This document shows, piece after piece, positions 1 through 11,807 of a DNA stretch of 64,000 nucleotides. A model generated the notes under the pieces. The model saw only the letters and a list, made by a program, of their open reading frames with translations, did not search any database and was not told where the DNA came from. Numbering within the stretch: position 1 is the stretch's first letter; the number at the start of each line of letters is the position of its first letter. Source of the stretch: Mobula hypostoma. Lineage: Eukaryota. Both the position numbers and the translations under genes were made by a program. The stretch is taken from NCBI RefSeq assembly GCF_963921235.1, contig NC_086109.1, forward strand, positions 37,946,001 to 38,010,000. Reading direction: 5' to 3'.

Positions 1-3
1 AAA

Positions 4-1256
4 TCACCATTTTTCCTTTTCCCGTCTCCTTCTTTGGGGCAAAGCACCTGGACGCAAAGTGTCCGACTTTCTCGCAATTATAACAGACGACCCCAGGAGG
101 CTTTTACCAGACTGCTCCCGATCTACCTTATCTTTCTCACTAGTCCCCGGCTTACTTTCTGCCTTTTCTGGCGGACTCGCCCCGCCGTCCTGACTACCCT
201 TCTGGTAGCCTTTACTCGGAGCAAACTTCATTTTCTGCGTCAACGCATACTCATCCGCTAACTTAGCAGTTGCGGCTAACGTGGCTGCCTCTTTCTCATC
301 TAGGTAGGGTCTCATACCCTGAGGGACACAACCTTTAAACTGCTCAACCACCTCCAGCAGTCTGTCATAATCCCCCTCTACCTCCTTCGAGGCGCACCAA
401 CGCTCACAATATGTCTGCATCTCACAGGCAAACTCTAAATACGTGTGGTCCCACTGCTTCCTTGCATTCCGGAACCTCTGCCGGTATACCTCCGGGACCA
501 ACTCATAAATCCTGAGGATGGCCTCTTTCACCACCTCGTACCTCTGGGCATCTTCTGCGGACAAAGCTGAGTAAGCTTGTTGGGCTTTCCCTTTCAGTAC
601 ACTCTGAAGCAAAACAGCCCACTTATCCCTCGGCCAGTCCTGACTTATAGCCACTTTTTCGAAATGGAGAAGTACCGATCCACGTCGGTACCATCAAATG
701 GGAGAACCAGCCTAACCTCCTGGGTCACCCGGAACCCTCCACCTTGGTTCGGCACGGGCCCCTGCTCGGCCCTTATCTTTAACTTCTCCAGCTCAAATTC
801 CCTTTCCCTCTGCCCCTCTCTCTCTTCTCGCTCCCATTGCCCCTCTTTCTCTTTTCTCTCCAACTGTCTCTCTCTCTCTTTCTCCTGCCTTTCTAACTCT
901 CTCTCTTGCCTTTCTAACTCTCTCTCCTTCTCTTCTCGCTCCAACTGTCTGTCCCTCTCTTTCTCTTCTCGCTCCAACTGCCATACCCGGAACTCGTGCT
1001 TGAGTCTCAGTTTTTTAAGCTGCACCTGTACCGCGTCTCCAGCAGGTTTTTCAATAGACACCACCTCCAGTTCGCCTTGAGGAAACACACCTTTAGATAC
1101 ATAGTGCTCTACGATAGCTCTGTGTATCTCCTCTCTCCTCATTGTCGACTTCCCCTTAGCAAGATTCAACCGTTTGGCCACAGCTACCAATTCCGATTTC
1201 CTGGCATCCTCTAATGCCTCCAAGGTCGGCGCCTTTATAAATTCCTCAGCCTCCAT
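4..1256 (-). pseudogene. gag: Gag polyprotein, two frameshifts
   Basis: ORF 645-1256 (E/R-rich coiled coil, ...PFDGTDVDRYF) joins ORF 4-654 (W..DKW..LLQSVLKGKAQQAY, YELVPEVYRQRFR, EQF) if 1 nt is restored near 669, giving YFLHFEKVA. A different frame at 44-85 reads CYNCEKVGHFASRC (C-x2-C-x4-H-x4-C). Confidence 0.85.
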
Positions 1257-1332
1257 TTCTGCTGTTTGTCTTTTCTTTCTTTCGGGAATTTTGACCCAAT
1301 CAATTTACTCCGTCCTAAATTTAGCGTTCAAA

Positions 1333-1351
1333 ATCACGGACGAGAACCCCA
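1333..1351 (-). promoter_or_regulatory. Primer binding site, tRNA-Pro-like
   Basis: Minus strand TGGGGTTCTCGTCCGTGAT versus the canonical tRNA-Pro PBS TGGGGGCTCGTCCGGGAT; lies 4 nt from the LTR end. Confidence 0.75.
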
Positions 1352-1355
1352 CTTA

Positions 1356-2208
1356 GGTTACGTACCCCGTAACTGGGTTGCCAAACCAGCAGAAATGGAT
1401 CACTCAGTTGGAGTCTGGATTACTAGAACTAAGTAAGTTTTATTAAAGAAACAAGCAACACAGTACTCTAATCAAAAGGATAATGAATGCAACAGTTCAG
1501 CAATGATAAACATACATGTACACAGAATTAAAATAACAGGATCAATCAAGCTCTATCGTTGTCTAGGGGTAAATGACCAGTTTCAAAGTGACGCAAAGTT
1601 CAGTTCAATTTAGTTCAGTTCAGTTCACAGTAATCGCTGCCGTGGCGATGGACAGTGGGGGGAAGGAGAGAGAGAGCAAAACGAATGAATATTCAAGGCT
1701 TCCACACAGACCTTCGCAGTCAGCTTTCGGGCGAGTCCTTTGTGATGTCATCTGAGGTCACTGACCGTGACCCCTCCGTTTCCAGATACGATCGTTTCCC
1801 TGCGGTGAACCTGGCACCCAGGCAAGGGTGGACACACACCAGGTTCCCGCCGATTGTGCCTTTCCACCCTGTGCATTTATGGCCCGGTACTTCCCACCGA
1901 CTTGTGAGAGACGCACCGCTTCCAGGGTCTTGTTACCTCGGGTGTCGTGTGTGTCTTGCCTTAGCAAACCTGTCCCTTTTTATCCCCCTGCTGGGGTATC
2001 GCCTGTCCAACACTTCAAACAGTTCAGGGTTCAAAGGGGGAGCCGATCTTGACAGCTCTCCTTCCCCTTCATTAACATCTCCAAATGCTGCTCCATTGTT
2101 TTCCTTATCTCTCTCTCTCTCCTGAAGACAGGTGGCAGACCAACTGCTGATCCCACTGGTGCCAGCACAGGGCAGCTAACATCTTAATCTATGTGTATTC
2201 TCATCACA
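1356..2208 (-). repeat. 5' LTR (~850 bp)
   Basis: Starts TGTGATG and ends CGTAACC (terminal A changed to C); AATAAA on minus at 1439-1444; TATA-like GATAAAAA near 1980; (GTTCA)n at ~1598-1627. Confidence 0.75.
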
Positions 2209-3908
2209 GTAGACTGTAGTAAAATTGGATTGGCAAAAACATCTCCTCCATATTCTGCATCAGCACAGAAACATCACAAGGATGTGTATTTTGCCCCCTG
2301 CTCTACTCGCTTTACATCTATGATGCGTGGCTAAGTACTGCTCCAACACCATATAAAAGTTTGCTGATGACTCCACTGTTATGGGCCATACTAAAGGTGG
2401 TAATGAATCAGCAATACGGGAGGGAGATTAAGAGTTTGTCTGAGTTGTGTAATAACAGCAACCTCTCATTCAACGTCAATAAGACCAAGGAACTGATTGT
2501 AGACTTCAGGAGAGAGAAACCAGAAATCTATGAGCCAGTAATCAGTGGAGGATCAGAGGTGGAGAGGGTCAGTAACTTTAAATTCCTGTGTGTCACTACC
2601 TCAGAGGACCTGTCCTGGACCCATCATAGAAATATAATTGTGAAGAAAGCACAACAGTGCCTCTACTTGCTCAGGAGTCTGAGAGTTTGACATGTTGTCG
2701 AAAACCTTGGCAGACTTCTATAGATGCGTGGTGGAAAGGGTGTTGACTGGCTGCATTATGGCCTGGTATGGAAACACTAATGCTTTTGAGCAGAAAATCC
2801 TACAAAAGACAGTGGATTCAGCCCAGCACACCATGGATAAAGCCTCCTCAACTACTGAGCACAGCTACGTGAAACATTGCTGTAGAAAAGCAGCATCCAT
2901 CCTCAAAGATCCCCACCACCCAGGCCATGCTCTTTTCTTGCTGATGCCATCAGGTAGAAGCCTCATGACTTGCACTACCAGATTCAAGAACAGTTACTAC
3001 CTCTCAACCATCAGGCTCTTGAACAAAAGGGGATAACTACACTCATTCTACATTTGTACTTCTGGTGTTCCCACCATCGATGGTCTTACTTTAAGGACTC
3101 TTTATCTTGTATTTCATGCTCGTTATTTACTGCTATTTATTAATATTTGCATTTGCGCAGTTTGTTGTTCATTGAGCCTGTCTACAGTTACTGTTCTATA
3201 GATTTGCTAAGTATCTCTGGGTTATATGTAGTGACATGTAGATTCAAGATTCAAAAAACTTTATTGTCATTCTAACCATACATCAGCTCTGCAGGGCAGA
3301 ATGAGACAGCGTTTCTCAGGGACAGTGCAATCGTAACATAACAAATGCAACACTAAATAATAAACATAACAATAAATAGTAAAACACAACAGCCACATGT
3401 CAGTTAAAATCAAGTTATAAGTGTCCAGTGCAAGTTAAAAGTGCCCAAAGCAGAGTCAGGTGGAGCAGCTATTTAGCAGCCTGACTGCCTGTGGGAGGAA
3501 GCTGTTTAGTAGCCTTGTGGTTTTAATTTTGATGCTCCTGTAACGTTTGCCTGATGGCAGAAGAACGAGCAGTTCATGGAGAGGGTGTGAGGGGTCCTTA
3601 ATGATGTACCGTGTCTTCTGGAGGCATCGACTCTGAAAGAGGTCTTGGACAGAAGGTAGGGAGACCCCAATAACCTTCTCTGCTCCCCTAACCACCCTCT
3701 GCAAGGCTTTTTTGTCGACAGCACTGCAGCTGGAGTACCAGGTTGTGATGTAAAAGGTCAGCACACTCTCAGCCACGCCTCTGTAGAATGTAGTTAAGAT
3801 ATTAGTGGGGAGTCTCAGAAAGTGCAATCTCTGCTGGGCGCATTTCACAATCCCAGTGGTGTCCCAGTGTATGTACTCTGATAAAAAAAATTTTCTTTGA
3901 ATTTTGAA
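2209..3908 (+). mobile_element. Rex1/Babar LINE, 5'-truncated; 3' tail split by an insertion at 3241-3866
   Basis: KFADD-like motif at ~2358, NVNKTKELIVDFRR, KKAQQCLYLLR, KDPHHPGHALF..PSGR. Tail gtgacatgta / atgtactctgataa..tttgaattttgaa resembles the tail at 52845-52888. Confidence 0.85.
3241..3866 (-). mobile_element. Rex1/Babar LINE 3' fragment (second family)
   Basis: ORF 3456-3848 KCAQQRLHFLR..KDPSHPLHELLVLLPSGKRYR; minus-strand AATAAA followed by a (TTGAATC)n tail. Confidence 0.85.
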
Positions 3909-5172
3909 ATGTCATGGTGCTGATCACTGAGTCAAATTGGTCCACAGTGAAAATATTAATAAGCTTATCCAGTCATGAATTGCATTTACTCTGATGAGTG
4001 CTTTCCTAGTCAAGCATCACTCCCCATGCAAAACTCTTTTTAAGTAATGCCAAAAAAGTTAACTCACATGGTTTAGAGGCTTGCATGTTGTTGTGCAAGA
4101 GCAACTAGATTTTAGTATTGCCACTTCCATTTCCAGGAAAACTCACTGAGCAAGTCCCAGCCTGGTGCTTAGAATCCTGACTCAGGATAATCCCCTTTAA
4201 ATTATTTACTTGGTGGTTTTAACCTCACTGCCACTGTTTAAACCCCTACACTACCAACTTTACCAGACTTTCACCCAATTCCCAACACCTCCTGCTCTCT
4301 GATCTCCTCCACTCCAGGCCCCAACTGCAAAACTCCCTTTGATCCAACCTGATGAGTCCATGACTGGCCAGTCACAATCCATGATTCTTCAGGTCTCCGG
4401 CTCCAATCCACCATCATTTTTAACTAGGCTTCAATCATCCAGCATCTTTGATGACTCCTAGGGCCACAATCAGTATGCTCCATGCAACTGATTGTTCATT
4501 CAATAGCCAGCTATCAATCGTCATTGTCTGCAGTTGACTTCTTGACTTTTTGCTTGTTGCTTTCCTTTTTGAGTTTTGGGTGCACCTCATGGACCCATGG
4601 TTTTGAGTTCCCACTCAATATTAATTTGGCAGAGCTGTGAACATCGTCTGCTGATAATTTACTTCACCTCTACAGGAACTTATGAGTTTTCTGTCTGTTC
4701 TTATTATTGAATAATTATTGGATTTTAAATTATAAGCAAGCTAACACTTAAATAGGAATGTCACTGAATTCAATATTCAGGATGCTTTTGTTCCTCAACT
4801 ACTAAGTTGCAGCAACCTTTAAAGTTCCTAATAGTCATTAAACCAACATAAACAAATTGATATTCTGATTTTAACTCTTCCACCTTCTGATTTTAAAATT
4901 ATAAACATTATAATACACATTTACTTCTTTCATTTGGTTTAACACTTTGGAGCAATGCTTTGGTAATTTGTCAGACTTTTGCCAAACTGGAGCCAGTTGA
5001 CCTCTACATCTGATAACAGTCTCTCACTATGATGAATATATTGTCTCATTGAAATGATAAAGAGGGAAATGGGGAAGTATCTTTTTCACAGAAGTCCAAA
5101 ACCAACTCCCTTTCTGCCCGTCTCCTTCCCAGTTGACCACCCGCAATCTCTTCATTAATATTATATCTTTAG

Positions 5173-5512
5173 AGACATCCCACCCTGCAAAAACTCATTT
5201 CAGGGAGGTAGCACCATCAATTTGTGGGAGACTCCTGGAACTTCCAGGAGAGGTGGGATGTCTGCAATAGAGCAGCTCCTTAGCAGCTGACCAGCTAGTT
5301 TAAATAACGTTAGCTATGCGAATGAACGAATGACACCTGTTAAACTCACCTCAACATGTCTTTTACAGTCTTAACCCACCATGGGCAATAAAAAAGTCAC
5401 TGTTGAGCAACACTGTCATTATTTTTGACCCCTATTAGGCAGGGGTACACTTTAGTGTAGTCCAGGGTGACGTACATTTTATATTTTCTTTTGTTTTGGT
5501 ACACTGTGCCAG

Positions 5513-5548
<36 letters not shown>

Positions 5549-5782
5549 CTCTCACGCTTGTTCTCTCTCTCTCTCTTGCTCTCTCATGCTTGCTCTCTCG
5601 CTCTCTCTCGCGCTCTCTCTTGCTCTCTCTCTGTCTCTCTCTCTCTCGCTCTCGCGCTATCTCACTTGCTTGCTCTAAAAAAAAATCAATTTCCAGGATA
5701 TTGTATATAATTTGCGGGCATCAGGGAGCCACTATCAATATGTGGGAGACTACCGGAACTTGAGGGAGAGGTGGGATGTCTG
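5173..5782. mobile_element. Unclassified non-autonomous element with 12-bp TIR, internal ~62-bp direct repeat and CT microsatellite
   Basis: AGACATCCCACC at 5173-5184 is inverted at 5252-5263 and 5770-5781; 5201-5264 resembles 5722-5782. Confidence 0.6.
5516..5675. repeat. Imperfect (CT)n/(GCTCTCTC)n microsatellite
   Basis: Directly visible. Confidence 0.95.
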
Positions 5783-7020
5783 TCTTCTCCCAACAACTAC
5801 CCAAAACAATAAAGTTTCTGGGTCAATTAGGGCTCTTAGCACAGCAAAAGAGAAAGAAGTATGAAATGAGAAGAACTTTTGAGATGAGGTATGGAAATAA
5901 ATAAGGTACAGATCAAACATATTCTTACCCCATGGTAGATAATTCAAATGGGCTGATTGATCTACACCTACGGCTCTATATCTAAAATATAATCAAATAA
6001 TTCATTTATTACCAATCCAGCTAAATACTCTGCCGAAAAATTTTTTAAAAACTGCTTGAAGAGCAAGTTAGGGCATAAAGATGTAGATCTAAATTTTCAA
6101 ACTGTGAAAAAAAATTTAATAACTTTGAGAAATGACTGTTCTCCCTTTAGGCTTGCATGTAAATTTGTACATAAGATTAAAAGTGTTTTGTAGGTATTGA
6201 ATCCTCCTAGATTTACTTGAAGAGCACAATTAAACTGTCAAAATTTCCATTCATTCAAAATTGGAACTGAAAATATGAAACAAGGCTGTCAAAAATCACA
6301 TTCCCTAAAAGCTTCTGAATCATGTTTAGTAAAAAGGTTTCTGTTGTCACTCAAGAGGTATGCTTTGAAGTTTGGCTGTTTTAGCATCATGGAATTCAAA
6401 GCCTCCCTTGCTGGAATTCTCTTTTACATTTCAAAGAAAATATTGACCTCTCAACTTTATAGACAGAAGCTGAAAGATGAAATATATGCCAATGGCAATT
6501 GTTGGGCTATGCATATTGAAAGTAAACATACTGTACCTTGAAAAGAGAAGAAATTCGTCCTTCTTTTTCTTGTAAGTTATTTCAGAAAAGATAACATCTA
6601 TTTAAAAATTTTAACAATGAATGTAAAAATTAAACACAGAACATCAATCAACTCCTAATTCTATAGTTAATCAAAGGACCTCAGTGCATAACAGTATGTT
6701 TTTGTTCCCCTTATGTAAATTGGTGTTCATGTCTAACCAGTGAGGGCCTCACACCTAAATTGGTTGTGCGCGAAATTCAAAACATCGATTAAGGTTTTGC
6801 CAGCAAATTCAGGACTCCCGTGGAAACATGCAAGTAATGTAGCTGGGTTTTGAAGGTAATTCTCTAGATGAACCTGTTGGATGGATTTCACATGGATTCA
6901 AAAAGTAGTAAAGTTGATTTTGGAATTCTCTGCACATTCTCTGTGAGAAACTGCTCCTGGACCCTGGACCAGTTTAGAGCTAGCAAAATATCAACAAGCC
7001 CATCATGTGAATGGAAAATT

Positions 7021-7952
7021 TATAGAGTCATAAAGTCATAGGAAAGTACAGCCCCGAAACAAGCTCTTCGGCCCATCTGGTCCAAGCTGAAACCATTTAA
7101 CTGCTGACCTGCACCAGGACCATAGCCCTCCATACCCCTACTATCCATGTATCCATCTGAACTTCGCTTAAACTTTGAAATCAAGCTTGCACGCACCACT
7201 TGTAATGGTAGCTCATTCCACACTCTCATGACCCTCTGAGTGTTCCCCTCATGTTCCCCTGAAGCTTTCCACCTTTGACCCTTAACCTATGACCTCTGGT
7301 TGTAGTCCCATCCACCCTCAGTGAGAAAAAGCCCGCTTGCATTTGCCCTATCTATTTTTTTTTGTGTGCCATACTCTGCCAGAGCCTCGGCGACCACTTT
7401 TTTCAAGTGGCTGTCTTGGAGGAAAGATTCTGTGAGTGGTCCCCCTCTGTCCTTCTCACAGCGCAGTCTTTTCTTTTATGAGGCCAAGTTGCAAGCTCAA
7501 CACTCAACCCGGCACAGATGGAAAGCGTACCCGGGAGCCCTATCTATATCCCTCATAATTTTGTATACCTCTATCAAATTTCCTCTGAAGCTTCTATGTT
7601 CTAAGGAGTAATGTTCTAAACTATTCAATCTTTCCTTATAACTCAGAACCTTCAGATCTGGCAACATCCTTGTCAATTTTCTCTGTACTCTTTCAACCTT
7701 ATTTACATTTTTTCTGCAGGTAGGAGGTCAAAACTACACAAAATCTTCCAAACCAGACATCACCACTGTCTTATACAACTTCAATGAAACATCCCATCTC
7801 CTGTACTCAGTACTTTGATTTATGAAAGCCAATGTGCCAACAGCTTTCTTTCCAACCCTATCTAGCTGTGACACCTCTTTCAATGAATTATGGACCTGTA
7901 TTCCCAGAACTCTTTGTTCTATGACACTCCTCGCTGCCCTACCGTTCACTGT
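7021..7952 (-). mobile_element. CR1 LINE 3' fragment
   Basis: RVWNELP, LGIQVHNSLK, LKLYKT peptides; CR1-type 3' UTR with (CTATGA)n-like tail. Confidence 0.88.
7356..7536 (-). mobile_element. 181-bp poly(A)-tailed retroposon (SINE-like, possibly RTE-derived)
   Basis: 11-bp TSD GCCCTATCTAT at 7345-7355 and 7537-7547; oligo-T on + at the left end. Confidence 0.75.
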
Positions 7953-9332
7953 GAAGCAAAGAAAGGACACAGTAAGATACAATGTTCAAATTATTCATGC
8001 TTATTGTGAAGTTTGTGATTATTGGGGGTATGTTTAATAATAATAGGGCAAGACCTTTGACCCTCCCCCCCAAGATTTACTGGGAGGTAAGCCTAGAGAT
8101 GAGCTATTCCGATCTACAGTCTATAGTGCAGTCTTCTGCACACAGAGCGCTGGCCCAGGAACACCCGTACTCAGCAAGTTACGGAGTCCAGAGATGCAGT
8201 TCCAGCCTTGGCAGATTTCTTAGAACATTAGAACATCAGAAACTTTTTGACAAGTACAGGCCTTTCGATCCAACAAAGCTTGCCAAATCCCTATTCACAT
8301 AGTATGTTGAAATAACTACCGAGTTTAGATCTGAAAGTCTCTAAGATACTACTCTCAAGTACACAACTAGAGATAGTTTGCTCCATGTATCCACAACTCA
8401 CTGTGTAAAGAAATGCTTCCTGATGTTAGTCTGAAATCCCCACTTAACCAGTCTCCACCTATGGCCTGTGTCCTTAATGATGGATTAATTTTGAAGTAGC
8501 AGCTGGCATCCACCTTACATATACTGTTAATGATTTAGAACACTTCTATCATGTCTCCTCTTATTCTATGTCTGCATAGGCTAAAAAGATTTAATTATTT
8601 CAATCTTTCTTCATAGCTCATATCCTGCAGTCCTGGAATGAGTCTAGTCACCCTTCTCTGAACTCTCCCTAGTGCACATCTCTCACAAAATATGGAGACC
8701 AAAATTGTACACAGTACTCAAGGTGTGGTCTCACAAACACATTATACAACTTACAGAGAACGTCTCTAGACTTGAACTCTGCTAAGCGCATTATATATCC
8801 CAACACTCTATTAGACTTCCTAATCTTTTTCTTTGATGGAAGGGACCAACAACTGCTTCAAAATTTATATTGGAATCCAACGGCAGTGGTAAAAATTGAT
8901 GATAATATAAGCAGTTGGACTAAAATTCAAAGAGGTGTAGACAGGGATGCGTTGCCTCACCAGAATTATTTAGACCGAGATGGGATAAAAATTGGAGGTG
9001 TTAACATCAACAATATAAGATATTCAGACGATAGCACTCTAATAGCAAGTGCTGCAGAAGACCTACAAATCCTCCTAGACAAAGTAGTACAAACAAGTGC
9101 AGATTTTGGTCGAACCATTAACTGTAAAAAAAACAAATGTATGGTAATATCAAAACACCAGGATACTCCCAACTGCCAGTTGTACATCGGTAACCAAGAG
9201 ATTGAACAAAAGGCCAGCTTTAATTACCTTGGTAGCTTTATATCAGAAGATGCTAGAAGTAAAGTAGAAGTAAAGAATTGCCATTGCCAAAACTAACTTC
9301 CAAAAAATGAAACCCATTTTTAACAATAGACA

Positions 9333-9447
9333 TCAAAGTTGCTGGTGAACGCAGCAGGCCAGGCAGCATCTATAGGAAGAGGCGCAGTCGACGTTTCAGG
9401 CCGAGACCCTTCGTCAGGACTAACTGAAGGAAGAGTGAGTAAGGGAC
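9333..9447 (-). mobile_element. Penelope-like terminal fragment (115 bp) nested in the RTE
   Basis: Near-identical to 12601-12710 and 47510-47620; 10-bp duplication ACAATAGACA at 9323-9332 and 9448-9457. Confidence 0.85.
9386..9421 (-). ncRNA. Minimal type-I hammerhead ribozyme motif (intact core)
   Basis: AGUC-CUGACGA-AGGGUCUCGGCCU-GAAA-CGUC-GACU: stem I AGUC/GACU, CUGANGA and GAAA boxes, GUC cleavage triplet. Confidence 0.8.
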
Positions 9448-11452
9448 ACAATAGACACATTTCTATGACAACAAGGCTTAGGCTACTAAAATGTTACATT
9501 TGGTCAATCTTGCTGTATGCTTCCAAAACATGGCATATAACACCTGAACTCCAAAGAAACTTAGAAGCAACAGAAATGTGGTTTCTTAGAAGAACGCTGG
9601 AAGAATGGGTATATCATATAGAGACAGTACTCCAATGTGCCCATACAAAAAATCTTTAATGAGAACATTAAATGAGAGGAAATTTAAATTCCTGGGCCAA
9701 TGTCATCAGAAAGGGAGAAATAGAATGCCTTACATTACAAGGCCATATGCTTGGGAAATGCGGAAGAGGAAGGCAAAGAAGAAAATACATGGACACTGTG
9801 AAAGAACTAACAGATCTAATTGTGCGAGATATCATTGACACTGCGAGGGATCGTTCGATATGGAGAGCCATGATCGCCCAAGCGTGTAACGCTCAAGACA
9901 CATGAAGAAAAAGAATCTTTTTCTGTGTTGATAGTGATGAATTTACCAGGACACCCACATGCTTCTTATACAGTGCACTTTCTAACTCAAGACATCCCAC
10001 TGTATATTCATATTTAATATTTCTACTTCCTTATATGTAATACTTTACATTTACTTACATTAAATTTCATCTGCCGTTTATCAGCCCACATCTGGATTTT
10101 GTTTAGCTCTAACTGTATTGATTCTGCCGCCTGAGTGTTATCAGCCCATCCCCCTAATTTTGTGTCATCAGCAAACTTTACTGGCTTATTTATTATGTGC
10201 TCATTCAAATCATTAATGTAAATTAAAGACAGCAGTGGCCCTAAAATTGATGCCTGTGGAATCCCAATTTTAACAGCTTCTAGGTGTGAAAAAGATCCTC
10301 ATACCGTAACTCGTTGCTTTCTGTGTTTGAGCCAATTCTGCACCCATTCTCACACCTTACCCTGAATCACCTCCTGGTATTTGGTTATTAACCTCTTGTA
10401 GGGTACCTTGTCAAAAGCCTTTTGGATGTCCAAGTAAATGATATCAACCACTCTATTGTTACCATAAATTTTAGTTGCCTCTTCATAGAAATCCAACATA
10501 TTAGTATAACATGATTTCCCCTTTCTGAACCCATGCTGGCTATCTGATAACATGCCTGTCTAACATTCCATCTCATTCTTTATTATTATTTCCATTATCT
10601 TACCTGCGATATCTGTTAAGCTTACTGGTCTATTGTTACGAGGGACAGTGTAGTCACCCTTCTCATATACGGGGACAACATTAGCCCATTGCCAGTCCTT
10701 AAGGATTTCACCTGTCTTCAATGACTTTTGACAAATACATGTTAGAAGTTCGTATGTATAATCACTCTCTTTAATTACTCTTTGATATATGTTGTCTGGC
10801 CCTGGAGATTTATCATCTTTCAGCCTTTTCAGCAGAACCAGGACCTCACTTTCTAAGATCTCTAAGTCACTTAAAACAACCTTATTTTCCTCTACCCTTA
10901 CTGGCATACTGCTAACATCTTTGCAGATGAATAATTTAGTGAAATATGAGTTAAGAGTATCGCTATGCCCTTCTCTGTATAACTTATCACCCCACTATTA
11001 TTCCTAATACACTTAACTTCCGCCTTGACTTTTCTTTTACTACTAAAGTAATGAAAGTATCTCTTGGGGGTCAATAGTAGCATTATATCGGCAATATCCT
11101 TCTCAACCTGCCTTTTGGCAATCCGAATCTCCCTGTTGACTATAGCTCTCATATTTTTATATGCGCTACGGTTAACACCATTACTATGTTTTCTGTGTTC
11201 CTTACATAGCCGTCTTTTCTTCAATAATTTTGTGTATCTTGTTATTCATCTATGTAGTTGATCTATTCCTAGCTTTCAGGCTGGGAAAACTGCCCATGGA
11301 ATCCATGCTAGGTCAGGCCTGATGCAAATACAGTGGTGCCATTCAAATAAAAAAGGGATACCACCTGCTGGAGGAAAGGTAAGTTCAAATTTTCATCTGA
11401 TGTAATATGTTTGTCTGAAAGTTTGTCCTTAAGAGTGTGTATTTATGTAGGG

Positions 11453-11490
11453 GTGTGTGTGTGTGTGTATACATGTGTATGCATGCGTGT
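11453..11490. repeat. (TG)n microsatellite
   Basis: Directly visible. Confidence 0.8.
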
Positions 11491-11750
11491 AGGTGCCTAT
11501 GTGTTTTCACTGGCTCCAACTGACTCCAAATATTTGCCCAAGTCATTCCTTCAATGCAACTCACTCATCTAGAAGGGGAAATCCTGCAAAGCACTGAGTC
11601 TTGCCAAACTGCCAGCAAACAGGCCTTCAGCAGAAACCTGTATCTGCAACTATAATTGTACATAGGAATCTCTCAGCTGTCTCAGAGCAGTGGGAAATAG
11701 GTCCCAGTGTTTCACACTGCTAAAAAACTTGTCATTACTGATTTCTATTT

Positions 11751-11807
11751 CTGAATCAGAATCAGAATCAGGTTTGGTGTCAATGACATATGTCGTGAGA
11801 TTTGTTG
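11751..11807 (-). mobile_element. LINE/SINE 3' tail with (CTGATT)n
   Basis: GAATCAGAATCAGAATCAGGTTT on +. Confidence 0.55.

Larger units (their letters stand above)
1..2208 (-). mobile_element. Gypsy/Ty3 LTR retrotransposon (Gmr1-like gag), 5' part: LTR + PBS + gag; continues off the left edge
   Basis: On the minus strand, in order: LTR starting TGTGATG at 2208, PBS at 1333-1351, gag with SCAN-like region and CCHC knuckle. Confidence 0.88.
8833..9913 (+). mobile_element. RTE-clade LINE, 5'-truncated
   Basis: IQRGV, NINNIRYSDD, FNYLGSFI, LEATEMWFLRR, GRGRQRRKYMD; GAA-rich tail; 11-bp TSD AATCTTTTTCT at 8822-8832 and 9914-9924. Confidence 0.9.
8221..11245 (-). mobile_element. CR1 LINE ORF2 remnant, interrupted by an RTE
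   Basis: [67 protein letters not shown]; 3' tail (TAGAACAT)n on + at 8221. Confidence 0.9.

Noticed and set aside
577..1080. 167-aa plus-strand ORF
   Set aside because: Antisense shadow of the gag E/R repeat.
4349..4376. CTGATGAGTCC followed by the palindrome TGACTGGCCAGTCA, resembling a hammerhead start
   Set aside because: No GAAA box or closing stems; lies in a degenerate C-rich low-complexity tract.
5467..5763. Ser/Leu-rich ORFs
   Set aside because: Translation of the CT microsatellite.
7953..8220. Unassigned 270-bp segment between two CR1s, within a 106-aa ORF
   Set aside because: No termini, TSD or protein motif identified.
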